This document shows, in pieces, positions 10,958 through 22,833 of a DNA stretch of 64,000 nucleotides. Both the position numbers and the translations under genes were made by a program. The stretch is from Eledone cirrhosa (Eukaryota), in assembly GCA_964016885.1 (NCBI GenBank), contig OZ024742.1:362576001-362640000 (forward strand). The letters are read 5' to 3'. The notes under the pieces are model-generated. The model did not search any database, was not told where the DNA came from, and worked only from the letters and a program-made list of their open reading frames with translations. How positions within the stretch are numbered: the first letter of the stretch is position 1; the number at the start of each line of letters is the position of its first letter.

Positions 10958-13684
10958 ACTGGTAGATAAAGTAGAAGAGGCACTTGGGAGTGGCAACGTA
11001 GCCAGCGTGCTAGCGACGAGAACGGCCTTGGACCAGTTCTTCGACGCAAAGCATGAAGGCAGCGTTGTCAGAAGCAAAATACGTGCTCTGGGAAACAAGG
11101 GAGCTAAAGCTGAGTGACGGAGGCGAAAAGTGGCAACAAGTCCACGATTCGGTCTTTGAAGAACCAAGACGGACGCGTGATACGTGAGCTGAAGCAAATG
11201 TGCGCGGCCTTTCAGCGGCACTTTGCTCAACTGTTCGGGTAGGTCGGCGCGCCGGGAGGGGTTATGGATTTCGGTTCATACCTCGACGGCCTACCGCGAC
11301 TCTCGGACAGCGAGGCGAAGTTCTGCGAAAGGCCGATTTCGGCCGCTGAGATAGGGGACGCGCTGTGTCAATGCGGCAAACGCAAATTTACAGGTCTCGA
11401 CGGTCTACCCTACGAATTTTACGTAGCAATACCGGACTTGTTCTCCGGTCTCCTGGAAGCGGTCTACTGCAACTGGCAGCAGAACGGGAGAATTCCCAGC
11501 TCTGTGACCAAGGGCGTAATCACGTTAGTCAGGAAGGACGAGAACAAGGGGAATGACATAGGCAACTTCCGGCCCATAACTCTGCTCAACACAGAGTTAC
11601 AGATTTTGGCCAAGGTGTTGGCAAAGAGGCTTGTCGTCGAAAACCTGGTGGGAGAAGCGCAGATATGCGCAATCCAGACCAGGTCCATACACGACAACCT
11701 CCACCTCATGCGATACATCATAGAGACGGCAGGGTGTAAACACGGCTTCGGTGGGGCCCTGATCAACTTGGATCAGTCTAAGGCTTTCGATAGGGTTGAC
11801 CATCGTTACCTGGATGCGGTGCTCGAGGCGGCAGGTTTCGGTCCCGTGTTCAGAGGCTGGATTGCTGCAATGCACAGCAGCAACATCTGCTCAAGGGTCA
11901 AGGTTAACGGCTACCTCTCGGAGCCGTTCCATGTCACGCGATCCATCCTACAGGGATGCCCTCTCTCCTCCCTTCTGTACGTACTGACTCTCGAGCCACT
12001 ACTGCAGAAGTTGGAGCTATTGCAGGGAATCCCTTTGGAACCGGGACTGCGAAAAGCGGCGTCGGCCAACGCCGACGACGTGACAATAATGGTGTCGTGC
12101 ACCTCGCAAATCTGGGAGATCGGCATCTTACTGGAGGAATACGAAAGATTCACAGGAGCGAAGCTGAACCGGGACAAATCCGTCGGTTTGCAACTCAGAA
12201 CGTGGAGAGGCAAACCGATGCCTTCCGATGACGTCGTCGGACGCTGGACGGAAGGACCGGTAAAGCTGCTAGGGGTCTAATTTAGTCCTGACCTCCAGGT
12301 GGCGAAGAACTGGAACGAGGTGACAGCCAAGGTGTTTGAGTTCACCCAGAAGTGGCCCGAGTGCAAACTATCCTTGAAAGGTCGAGCGGAGGTGGCGAGC
12401 ACTTTTATAGCGTCCGTCATCTACTACCGCTTGACCGTTCTGCCTTGTCCAGCCAAAACGCTCGCCAAAATGGAGCGCGCGCTCTTCCAATTCCTTTGAA
12501 AGAAACGGGCCCCTTTTGTGAGAATATCCATCTGCTGCCAACACCCTTCAAATGGAGGGCTGGGGATGCCGTGGCTGACGATGCTCAAACACGCGCTCAG
12601 GCTGCGGCCCCTCCATGTATTCCTCACCAGACAACCGGTGTGGGCCCCGTTCGTGAGGTGAGCCTTCCCACGACTCGTCTCGCTGACCGAGCTGCAGTCC
12701 TGGGTCAAGCAAAGACCGAGGAAAATGGGGGACTGGCACATTGAATGTGCTCAGGCGCTCACAGTCATTTGGCAAACGGACCCGGCGGTCAGTGGAGACT
12801 CCACTTCGACATTCTATAGAGGGTTGGTCCGCAGCAAGTGCGACGACACGCTCGGAGAAACTCTGGGCGTAGAGGAGGACGAACTGTCCAGTCTGTTTAG
12901 CAGGACCTTCCGCCCGGGACCAATGGACAACTTCCAAAAGTCCCTGGCCTGGCAGTGCTACCGAGGAGCTCTACCAGTTCGAGACAAGCTCTACAGACAC
13001 GGGCGCCGGGGTAGGGACCCTTCGAAAAAGATCTGTCCGAGATGCGTGTTCGACGAGGAAACTGTCGCACACGCATTTGTACACTGCACGGGAGTTACCG
13101 ACCTGTGGGGCTATGTAGAACGACTATTATAGCGGGTGGGACCAATCCAGTTGACCACCGAGTCCATTGTCATGATCAAACCGCCACCCTCCTTCAAAAA
13201 CGAGGGAGAGGCGGTTTTCCTATGTGTTATGGCTATGGTGAAAGAGGTTATATGGTGGACGAGGTTAAAAGGGCTGAGGTCAGACATCTTTCTCTCCGGC
13301 GAGCAACTGATTCGTTTTTTCAAATATCATTTTGGAAGAAGAATCAGGATGGAGAGAGAGGTACTTTACTCCAGCAAATTTTATAAAAGGTGGGTGAATG
13401 TGGTAAAGATGGCCCGAGTGGTTGGGTCTTCTCTCTATATAAGCCTGTACGTTGAGGAAAAAGAGGAAGAGAGGAAGGGAGTACTCACTCTTGGTGCTCC
13501 TGGAGATGAGGGTTGTATATTTTTTCGCGGTGTGTACAACCCCTGTGTAACGTCTCCCCCCCCTATTGGGTATTTCAATTGTTATTTGTTATTGTATTAA
13601 TAGTTTTATTTTCATATACCTGTATGTAAACTCCCCATTTGTATTTGTCCCCTTCTTTTGTGCCCTTGTGGCTAATAAAGAAAT
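10958..13684 (+). mobile_element. 5'-truncated Tx1-type (L1 group) non-LTR retrotransposon copy A (RT + C-terminal Cys/His region + 3' UTR), pseudogenised
   Basis: RT motifs GLDGLPYEFY, NFRPITLLN, LINLDQSKAFDRVDH, QGCPLS, (Y>N)ADDVT; C-terminal CPRC...ETVAHAFVHC; in-frame stops; ends GTGGCTAATAAAGAAAT; (TACC)n on both sides. Confidence 0.93.
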
Positions 13685-13965
13685 TTATCTACCTACCTAC
13701 CTACCTACCTACCTACCTACCTACCTACCTACCTACCTACCTACCTTTCTACTTCCCTACCTACCTACCTACCTACCTACTTACCAACCTGCCTACCTAC
13801 CTACCTACCTCCCTACCTACCTCCCTACCTACCTCCTTACCTACCTACCTCCCCCCTACCTCCCTACCTACCTACCTAGCTACCTCCCTCCCTCCCTACC
13901 TACCTATCTACCTACCTCCCTACCTACCTACCTACCTACCTACCTACCTACCTACCTACCTACCT
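13685..13965. repeat. (TACC)n microsatellite, block 2
   Basis: Direct reading. Confidence 0.98.
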
Positions 13966-14187
13966 CTTGGTAGCTGGACGCACACAATTTTGCTGGTAAG
14001 TTTCTGTCAATTTATTTACAAAAAACAGAAATTCTTGTTTCAAAAAACACATCGTTTTGTAGATTAACCCCAGGCTGAATTTTGTCAGCTTGGTGGCAAT
14101 CTTACTTTTCGCCCCCAAAGGGGCGAAAACTTAATTTGAAATTAATTTGAAAACTGTTTAAACATTTTTAATATTTTGCCATCAGCT

Positions 14188-16239
14188 ATGGCAAGCGTTC
14201 AAGGAACGCGAGCGAACGTTGAAGAAGAAAAAAGAAAAAAAATAGACTTTAACGTTGCTAGAAATTCTGCCTGTATCGAGGTAGTTAACAACAAAGTTTT
14301 GTGGAACGAAAGTGAAGTAGACAACACAAACAAAATTGAATCGCACAGTGAACCACACAGTATACAACACACACTAAAATCAGCAGAAAAAACAATTGAC
14401 ACAACTACAAACGGAAAACCCGACAACCACAACAACAACAACAACAACAGCAACAAAATAACATATACAGAAACAGTCACAAATAATAATAATAACGTTA
14501 CTTCTAACTCCGCATGTATTGGCGTCCCCATGGAAACCAATATTAACAACAAAAATAAAAACAAGATCGAACCACACCTAGTACAACAGACGGAAAAAAC
14601 AACAGAAAATAAAACCATTGACACAACTACAAACGGAAAACCCGACAACCACAACAACAACAACAGCAACAACAACAACACCCAAAAAACTTTTGCGCAA
14701 ACAGTCATCAAGACACGATTTCACGGATCTCGATATCTCCAATGCGAAATAGATGCTCTCTGAAGCAAAGGAGTTTATCACTTTCGGTGAAAACGGGGGA
14801 TTTCAGATAAACTCACCCCCAGAAATTCATCTGGAAACATTTCGAAGGACAATCACCTTCAGAACTGTTTCAAATGAAACAAAAAGACCAGCATTCCTCA
14901 GTCAAGGGGAAATTGAGGCAACCTTAATACAGATATTGCCAGACATTGACTTTATGCAGAGGGCCAAACAGTACGGGAGTATTTCGGTACTCCTTAAAAG
15001 AGAGGCCCTTGCACAAAGATATTCAGTGACGTCAATACTGTAACAAAAATACACCTTTTTCCCTACATACCTGGGAAAAAGGACACAAAAAATTAGAATT
15101 TCAAACATGCCACCAAATATTAATATTTGGTGGATATTGGCAGGATTTTTAGAGGAGAGAAAAGACACTATTCTCTCCATCAAAAGGTCAACCAGACACA
15201 CCTGGTCTGGTACAAATTTGGAGATTCTGGTGCAAATGAGCCCGGAAAGAATCTCCAAAATACCAGAAAAAGTGATGGTGGACAACAACAGCCACATAAA
15301 CATTTCGGTGGAGGGTCGAAAACCACATTGCTTTCGTTGCAATAGCACCACACACCTAAAGGCCACCTGCCCTTTACAAACACGCTCAACCAAAACAATA
15401 CAAAAGAAAACACTGTTACCAACACCAACACCAAAGCAACCACCACCACCACCACCACAAGTACAACGACAGACCAAACGGGCAACCACACCAAAACGAA
15501 CAGACACTCAACCAACAACAACAGAAAAAACAGAGACAACACCCCTGAAGAACACAGCCTCACTCCATCCCACTCCATCAAACACTATCACAAACACACA
15601 CACCGAAACACCACCACCACACAATATAACCCTACCCCACACACCTGACGATGATTATTCATCGACGGATGAAGCTTCTTCTCCTTCTTTAAGTGAAGAA
15701 GAGGGAGAGCCGCCGAAATCTAAAAGACAAAAAAGAGACACCACAAAACCACCAAAACTCAAATCACCAACACCAACACACAACCACAGACACAAACAAC
15801 AACACAAACAACACCACAGTCAAACATCCCCCTATCAGCAAAACCAACACCAACACCACCACAAACACAATCACCCACCATAAAAAGAAAACTCCCGGAC
15901 CAACAACAAACTAAAACAACACAACAAACACACAAACAACAATACGCATACATCAACACAAACAACAAGAGTTTATTGGAGGTAATCTCCCAAAACCCAA
16001 AGGTGGAAACGGAGGGCAAAACTTTCGTCAAGGCAGAATCGTCTCCACACCTTAAACTTATAAGGGTTTCTATGGAGACCTATAGTGATCTAAAAAATAA
16101 ATTTTCACAGGACGTGGGAAACGGCTGCCAGAAACCCATCAACCGCGTCCTGTTAAAATATTTCCCCACCCCACCCAACACCCCATCCAGCACCAAAATG
16201 GAGATTGAACAACCCGATCTCCAGGAAACGAAAATGTAA
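14188..16239 (+). pseudogene. Tx1 ORF1 (gag-like nucleic-acid-binding protein), broken by frameshifts/stops
   Basis: ATG at 14188; CX2CX4HX4C knuckle CFRCNSTTHLKATC at 15329-15370; Pro/Thr/His-rich C-terminal part; ends 42 bp before the ORF2 ATG. Confidence 0.8.
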
Positions 16240-16281
16240 GCGCACCTTTTCGTCCTTTTTCTCCAACTTTTCTTCACCAAC

Positions 16282-19200
16282 ATGGTTAGTTTACGAGTTG
16301 GAACCGTAAGTGTGCGTGGCCTAGGGATGCCCTGGAAACAGGGCCAACTTTTAAACGACCTTAGGTCACACAGCATGGATGTGATTGCCATCACCGAGTC
16401 CAGGATCCACAACAGGCAGCAACTAACCCCCATCTTCGACGACTTTGAGATCTACGCATCTCTCTGTCAGCCAGGAGGTGGAGGTGGAGTGGCTGTCATG
16501 TTTCGGAAGAACCTGGACGTCGAAGTACAGCAAGTACACTTGGAGCCGGAGCGTAGACTGGTAGTCCTAGACGTGAACAGTATTGGAGGCGGAGCCTTCA
16601 GACTGGTGGCCGTTTATGTCCCGACCGGGCAATCGCAATCACGGCCAGACTTCTTTAAGCGTCTAGAGTCTTTTCTGGGAACGTCTCCCTCCTTACTTTT
16701 AGTGGGAGACTGGAATGGTATCCTAGATGCACGATGGGACTATGTGGGAGCATGTCCCAGTAGAGCGAGGTGCAACAGCCTCAAAACTTTAATCGGCCAA
16801 TTCCAACTGGCCGATAGGTATCGACTGGATTTCCCGACTGCACCACAGTGGACGTGGGCAAACTGCAGCGGGACATCTAGATCGTATTTAGATAGGTTCT
16901 TCATTAAAGAAAGGGAGAAGGAGATGTTAAGCTGTCCACGAATGCACATGGTTGCCTATTCAGATCACAAATTAGTCGTCTGCTTAGTCAACCGTGATAG
17001 AATACATAGACAGGGGCCCGGATACTGGAAGCTGAACGTGTCGTTGCCGGCACGTAAAGCTTACAGTGAACGGATAAGTAGACTAGTCAAGCAACAGTTA
17101 AAGGGAGCCATCGTCAACAATAGATGGTGGTACTCTCTCAAGAAAGCAATTAGAATAGAATCGATAGAGTATAGCAGAGAGTTAGCCTTAGAGAAAAACA
17201 GAATAGAAAGAGAACTAGTAGCCAAGGTAGAGGAGGCACTTAGGAGCGGCTAGAGTGTTAGCGTCGAGAACGGCACTGGACCAGTTCTTCGATCCGAAAC
17301 ACGAAGGCTGCGTGGTCAGAAGCAAAACACGTGCTCTAGGAAACGAAGGAGCGAAAGCTGTCAGCTGGGCCCGAGTGGCGGAGACAAAAAGTGGCAACAA
17401 GTCCACGATTCGGTCTTTGAAAGACTAAAACGGACGAGTGTTACTTGACCCCAAGCAAATGTGCGCGGCCTTTCAGCAGCACTTTGCGCGACTGTTTGAG
17501 CAGAACGACGGTGAGCCGAACGGGGCAATGGACTTTAGTTCATACCTCGATGGCCTGCCGCGTCTCTCGAACAGGGACGCCGAGTTCTGCAAAAGACCGA
17601 TCACGGACACTGAGATACGGGACGTTCTGGGCCGCTGCGGGAAACGCAAGTCACCCGGTCTAGATGGTCCACCCTACCAGTTTTACATACGCATGCCGGA
17701 CTTGTTCTCTGGCGTCCTCGAATACGTCTACTGCAATTGGCAGCAAAACGGGAGAATTCCAAGTTCTGCAGGCAAGGGCGTAGCAACGCTGATCAGGAAA
17801 GACGAGAACAAGGGGGACGAAATTAACAACTTCAGGTCCATAACTCTGCTCAACACAGAGTTAAAGATTTTGGCCAAGGTGCTAGCGACGAGGTTGGCGC
17901 TTGTCGTCGAGAACCTGGTAGGGAGAGCGCAAACGTGTGCAATCCCGACCAGATCCGTACACGACGACCTCCACCTCATGCGACACATAATAGAGAGGGT
18001 GGGTAGTAAACCCGGATTCGATGGGTCTCTGGATCAGTCTAAGGAGCTTGGATCAGTCTAGGCATTCGATAGGGTCGACCATCGATACTTGGAAGCGGTT
18101 CTCAAGGCGGCCGGTTTAAGTCCCGTGTTCAGAGGGTGGATCGAGGCGATGCACACCAGCATCTGCTCGAGGGTCAAGGTGAAGGGCTACCTATCGGAGC
18201 CGTTCGCAATCACACGTTCCATTTGACAGGGGCGCCCTCTCTCCTCCATTCTGTATGTATTGACTCTAGAGCCACTACTGCAGAAATTGGAGCTGTTGCA
18301 GGGCATCCCTCTAGAACCGGGACTGCGCAAAGTGGCGTCGGCTTATGCCGACGATGTAACTGTGATGGTGTCGAGCACCTCGGAAATCGTGGTGATCGGC
18401 AACCTACTGAAAGAATACGAAACGCTGACGGGAGCAAAACTAAACCCGGACAAGTCTGTCGGTTTGCAACTCGGTACTTCGAGAGGCAAAACGATGACGT
18501 CCGACGGCGTCGTTGGACGCTGGACAGACGGACCGGTGAAATTGCTCGGGGTCTGGTTCGGTCCAGACCTCCAGGTGGAGAAAAACTGGAACGAGGTCAC
18601 GGCCAAGGTGTTTGCGCTCACCCAGAAGGCGACAGAGTGCAAACTGTCCTTGAAAGGTCGAGCGGAGGTGGCGAACACTTTCATAGCGTCCGTCATCTAC
18701 TACCGCTTGACTGTCGTGCCTTGTCCCCGTGAATACCTCGCCAAGATGGAACGCATGCTCTTCCAGTTTCTGTGGAAGAAGAAGGCTCCGCTGGTGAGGA
18801 GATCCGTCTGCTGTCAGCACCCTTCCAACGGAGGGCTGGGAATGCCTTGGCTGATGATGCGCAAACATGCGCTGAGGCTGCGCCATCTCCAGGTATTCCT
18901 CACCAACCTCCAACCGGTGGGGGCACCGTTTGTGAGACAGGTTTCCCCACAGCTCGTGTCGCTGACGGAGCTGCAGTCCTGGGTCAAGAAAAGACCGAAA
19001 AGATGGGCGCCTGGCACATTGAATGCGCTCAGGCGCTCACAGTCCTCTGGCAAGCGGGCGTAGCAATCAGTGGAGAATCTACTTCGACATTCTATAGAGG
19101 GATTGTACGTTACAAGGGCGACGACGTACTCGGAGAGACTCTGGGCGTCGAAGACGATGAGCTCACCAGTCTGTTTGGTAGGATTTTCCGCCCGGGACCT

Positions 19201-19726
19201 ATGGACAACTTCCAGAGCTCTCTGGCCTGGCAATGCTACCGAGGAGCTCTACCGGTTCGTGACAAGATCTATAGGCACAGACGCCCTGGCAGGGATCCTT
19301 CCAAGAGGACATGTCCAAGATGAGCGCAGGATATTGAAACAGTCCTGCACGCAATTGTACACTGCCCGGGCGTAACCGACCTGTGGAACTATGCAGAACA
19401 ACTGCTGTGGCGTATGGAACAAATCCAGTTGACTGCCGAGTCCATAGTAAGGATCAAACCGCCAGTCTCTTTCAAATACGAAAGAGAGGCGGTTTTCCTC
19501 TGTACGGTGGCTATGGTGAAAGAAGTTATATGGTGGACGAGATTGAGAGGACTGAGGACAGATGCCTTTCTCTCCGGACAACAATTGATTTCCTTCTTAA
19601 AGTATCACTTTAGAAGGAGAATCAGAGTGCAGAGAGAGGCACTGCACCCCAGTAAATTTACTGAAGGTGGGTGAATGAAGCGAAAATGGCCGAGTGATTG
19701 GGCTTTCTCTGTTTATAAGCCTGTAG
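16282..19726 (+). pseudogene. Tx1 ORF2: AP-like endonuclease + reverse transcriptase + C-terminal zinc-binding motif, broken
   Basis: APE motifs VRGL, DVIAITES, AVYVP, VGDWN, SYLDRFF, YSDHK, GPGYWKLN; RT motifs KSPGLDG, SAYADDVT; several frameshifts and stops. Confidence 0.92.
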
Positions 19727-19952
19727 GTTAAAGAAGAGAGCAAAAGGAAGAAAGGATCACTTGCACAACACGCTCCTGGAGTTGAGGGTTGTATTACAAA
19801 ACCCATTTGTGGGGCGCCCCCCACCCACCCTATTGGGGATTTCGATGGTTGTAATTGTTTGTTTTTATAATTTTTACACGACTGTATGTAAAATCCCCGG
19901 CATGTCTTTGTATTGTCCCTTTTCTTGTGCGCCTTGTGGCCAATAAAGAAAT

Positions 19953-20954
19953 ATACCTACCTACCAATCTACCTACCTCCCTCCCTATCTACCCACCTAC
20001 CACCCTCCCTACCTACCTACCTCCTACTTAACTACTACCCACCTATCTACCTACCTCCCTCCCTCCCTGACTACCTCCCTCCCTACCTACCTCCCTCCCT
20101 CCCTACCTACCTCCCTCCCTAGCTCCCTCCCTACATACCTACCTCTAACCCTACCTACCTACCTCCCTCCCTACCTACCTACCTACCTACCTACCTCCCT
20201 ACCTACCTCCATCCCTACCTACTTACCTACCTACCTACCTACCTACCTCCCTACCTACCTCCATCCCTACCTACTTACCTACCTACCTCCCTCCTTACCG
20301 ACCCACCTAGCTCCCTCCATAGCTCCCTTCCTCCCTATCTACCTCCATTACTACCCACCTTTCTCCCTACCTACCTCCCTACCTACCTACCTATCTACCT
20401 CCCTACCTACCATTTTACCCACCTACCTACCTATATACCTATCTACCTCCCTCCCTACCTACCTCCCTACCTACCTCCCTACCTATCTACCCACCTACAT
20501 ACTTACCTACCTACCTACCTGCCTACCTACCTACTACCTACCTACCCACCTACATACCTACCTACCTGCCTACCCATATACCTACCTACCTACCTACCTA
20601 CGTACCCACCGTCCTACCTACCTACCTACTTACCTACGTACCCACCGTCCTACCTACCTACCTACCTACCTACCTACCTACCTACCTACCTATCCAACTA
20701 CCTACCTACCTACCTACCTACCTACTTAGCTACCTACCCGCTTACCTACCTACCTACATTCCTTCCTCCCTACCTACATACCTACCTACCTACCCACCTA
20801 CCTACCTACCTACCTACCTACCTACCTATATACCTATCTACCTCCCTCCCTCCCTACCTACCTACCTACCTACCTACCTACCTACCTATATACCTATCTA
20901 CCTCCTTACCTACCTACCTACCTACCTACCTACCTACCTACCTATATACCTATC
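19953..20954. repeat. (TACC)n/(TCCC)n microsatellite, block 3
   Basis: Direct reading. Confidence 0.97.
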
Positions 20955-21424
20955 AAGGTTGTATGGTGGACGCGTCTGAAAGGACTGAGGTCGGGCACCT
21001 TTCTCTCTGGCCAACAACTGGTCCGTTTCTTCCGATATCATTTCGGAAGAAGGATCAGGATGGAGAGAGAGGTGCTGCACCCCAGCCGTTTCTATGAAGG
21101 ATGGGTGAAAGTGGCGAGAATGGCCCGTGTGAATGGGCCTTCACTCTACATCAGACTATAGGTGAGGAAGATGAAAGACCAAGGGAGCACCCCTTCTCTG
21201 TGCTCCTGAGGAGAAGGGTTGCACACTTTTTTCGGGGGTGTGTGCGACCCCCCAAGGCGCCTCCTCTCTATTGAGGATTTTGTTATAAATTTTATTTTTT
21301 GTTATATCTTATTTTATTTTTATATTTTGTTATTGCCTCCTCCTTATTGAGGACGCCTTTTTGTGTAAACTCCCCCCTTTGTACTTGTCCCACTTTTGAT
21401 GCCCTAGTGGCAAATAAAAGAAAT
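20955..21424 (+). mobile_element. Short 5'-truncated Tx1 copy C (end of ORF2 + 3' UTR)
   Basis: Aligns by eye with the 3' ends of copies A and B (encodes VVWWTRLKGLRSGTFLSGQQLVRFFRYHFGRRIRMEREVL); ends GTGGCAAATAAAAGAAAT; (TACC)n on both sides. Confidence 0.9.
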
Positions 21425-22118
21425 ATACCTATATACCTATCTACCTCCCTCCCTACCTACCTACCTATCTTCCTATCTACCTCCCTCGCTACCTCGCTAC
21501 CTACCTACCTACCTACCCACCTACCTACCTACCTACCCACCTACCTACCTACCTACTTACCTATCTACCTCCCTCCCTACCTCGCTACCTACCTACCTAC
21601 CTACCTACCTACCTACCTACCTACCTACCTACCTTCCTATCTACCTCCCTCCCTACCTCCCTACCTACCTACCTATCTACCTACCTACCTCCCTTCCTAC
21701 CTATCTACCTCCCTCCCTCCCTACCTACCTACCTCCCTACCTTCCCACCTTCCTATTTACCTCCCTCCCTACCTCCCTCCCTACCTACCTACCTATCTAC
21801 CTCCCTCCCTACCAACCTACCTACCTCCCTCCCTACCTACCCACCTACCTACCTACCTACCTACCTACCCACCTACCTACCTACCTACCCCCCTCCCTCC
21901 CTCCCTCCCTACCTCCCTCCCTCCCTCCCTCCCTCCCTACCCACCTACCTACCTACCTACCTACCTCCCTCCCTACCTACCTACCTCCCTCCCTCCCTCC
22001 CTACCTACCCACCTACCTACCCACCTACCAACCTACCTACCTACCTACCTACCTACCTACCTACCTACCTACCTCCCCCCTCCCTACCTACCTACCTCTC
22101 TCCCTCCCTCCCTACCCA
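21425..22118. repeat. (TACC)n/(TCCC)n microsatellite, block 4
   Basis: Direct reading. Confidence 0.97.
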
Positions 22119-22252
22119 CTGAAGAGTTGTGTAATTATATCCTCTATAAATATTAACACATCGTTCTTATCTTAATCACTTCCACGTGTCAGTAATCAAC
22201 ATTAATTTGTCTTATCTTCCAAACTATTAATTTTGTAGTTTGTATTATTGAT

Positions 22253-22320
22253 TCTTCTTCTTCTTCTTCTTCTTCTTCTTCTTCTTCTTCTTCTTCTTCT
22301 TCTACTTCTTCATCTTCTCC
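22253..22320. repeat. (CTT)n microsatellite
   Basis: Direct reading. Confidence 0.95.
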
Positions 22321-22609
22321 TATCGACCCAAAGGTAAAAGATTCACCCCCACCGTCATGGATGGTTCTATCTCATATAAGGTATCTCCTGTCTTATAACA
22401 ATATGGTACCCAGTTCCATCTTAAACCTGTTAGACCCCACCCCCCGCATGTCGGAACACAACAGTTATCTTCCAGAGAGTGCGAGAGAGAGAGGGAGAGA
22501 GAGAAAGGGAGAGGGAAAGAGAAGGAGAGATGGAGTGAGAGATAGAGCGGGAGAAAGAGAGAGAGAGAGAGAGAGCGAATATATATATATATATGTATAT
22601 ATATATATG

Positions 22610-22641
<32 letters not shown>

Positions 22642-22833
22642 AATATATATATATATACGGAGAGAGAGAGAATAAATTGATTGTCCTCTCTAAATATGGA
22701 ATGAATGGCGTTAATTAGCAGCTCTTTGTTATGTTTCTTTCATAGATTGGACATTTCTTTTGTTTAATTAACATTGGGACAGATTTATAAAGTTAAAATA
22801 TTAGATGGGGAGGGGAATATAGACACACGTGAA

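Larger units (their letters stand above)
13966..19952 (+). mobile_element. Full-length (~6 kb) Tx1-type non-LTR retrotransposon copy B (5' UTR, ORF1, ORF2, 3' UTR), mutated
   Basis: ORF1 with zinc knuckle, ORF2 with APE + RT + Cys/His domain; 3' end GTGGCCAATAAAGAAAT; (TACC)n on both sides. Confidence 0.93.

Noticed and set aside
9920-10965. Long LPTY-repeat ORFs (also 13566-14067, 21299-22156)
   Set aside because: Translations of the stop-free (TACC)n microsatellite.
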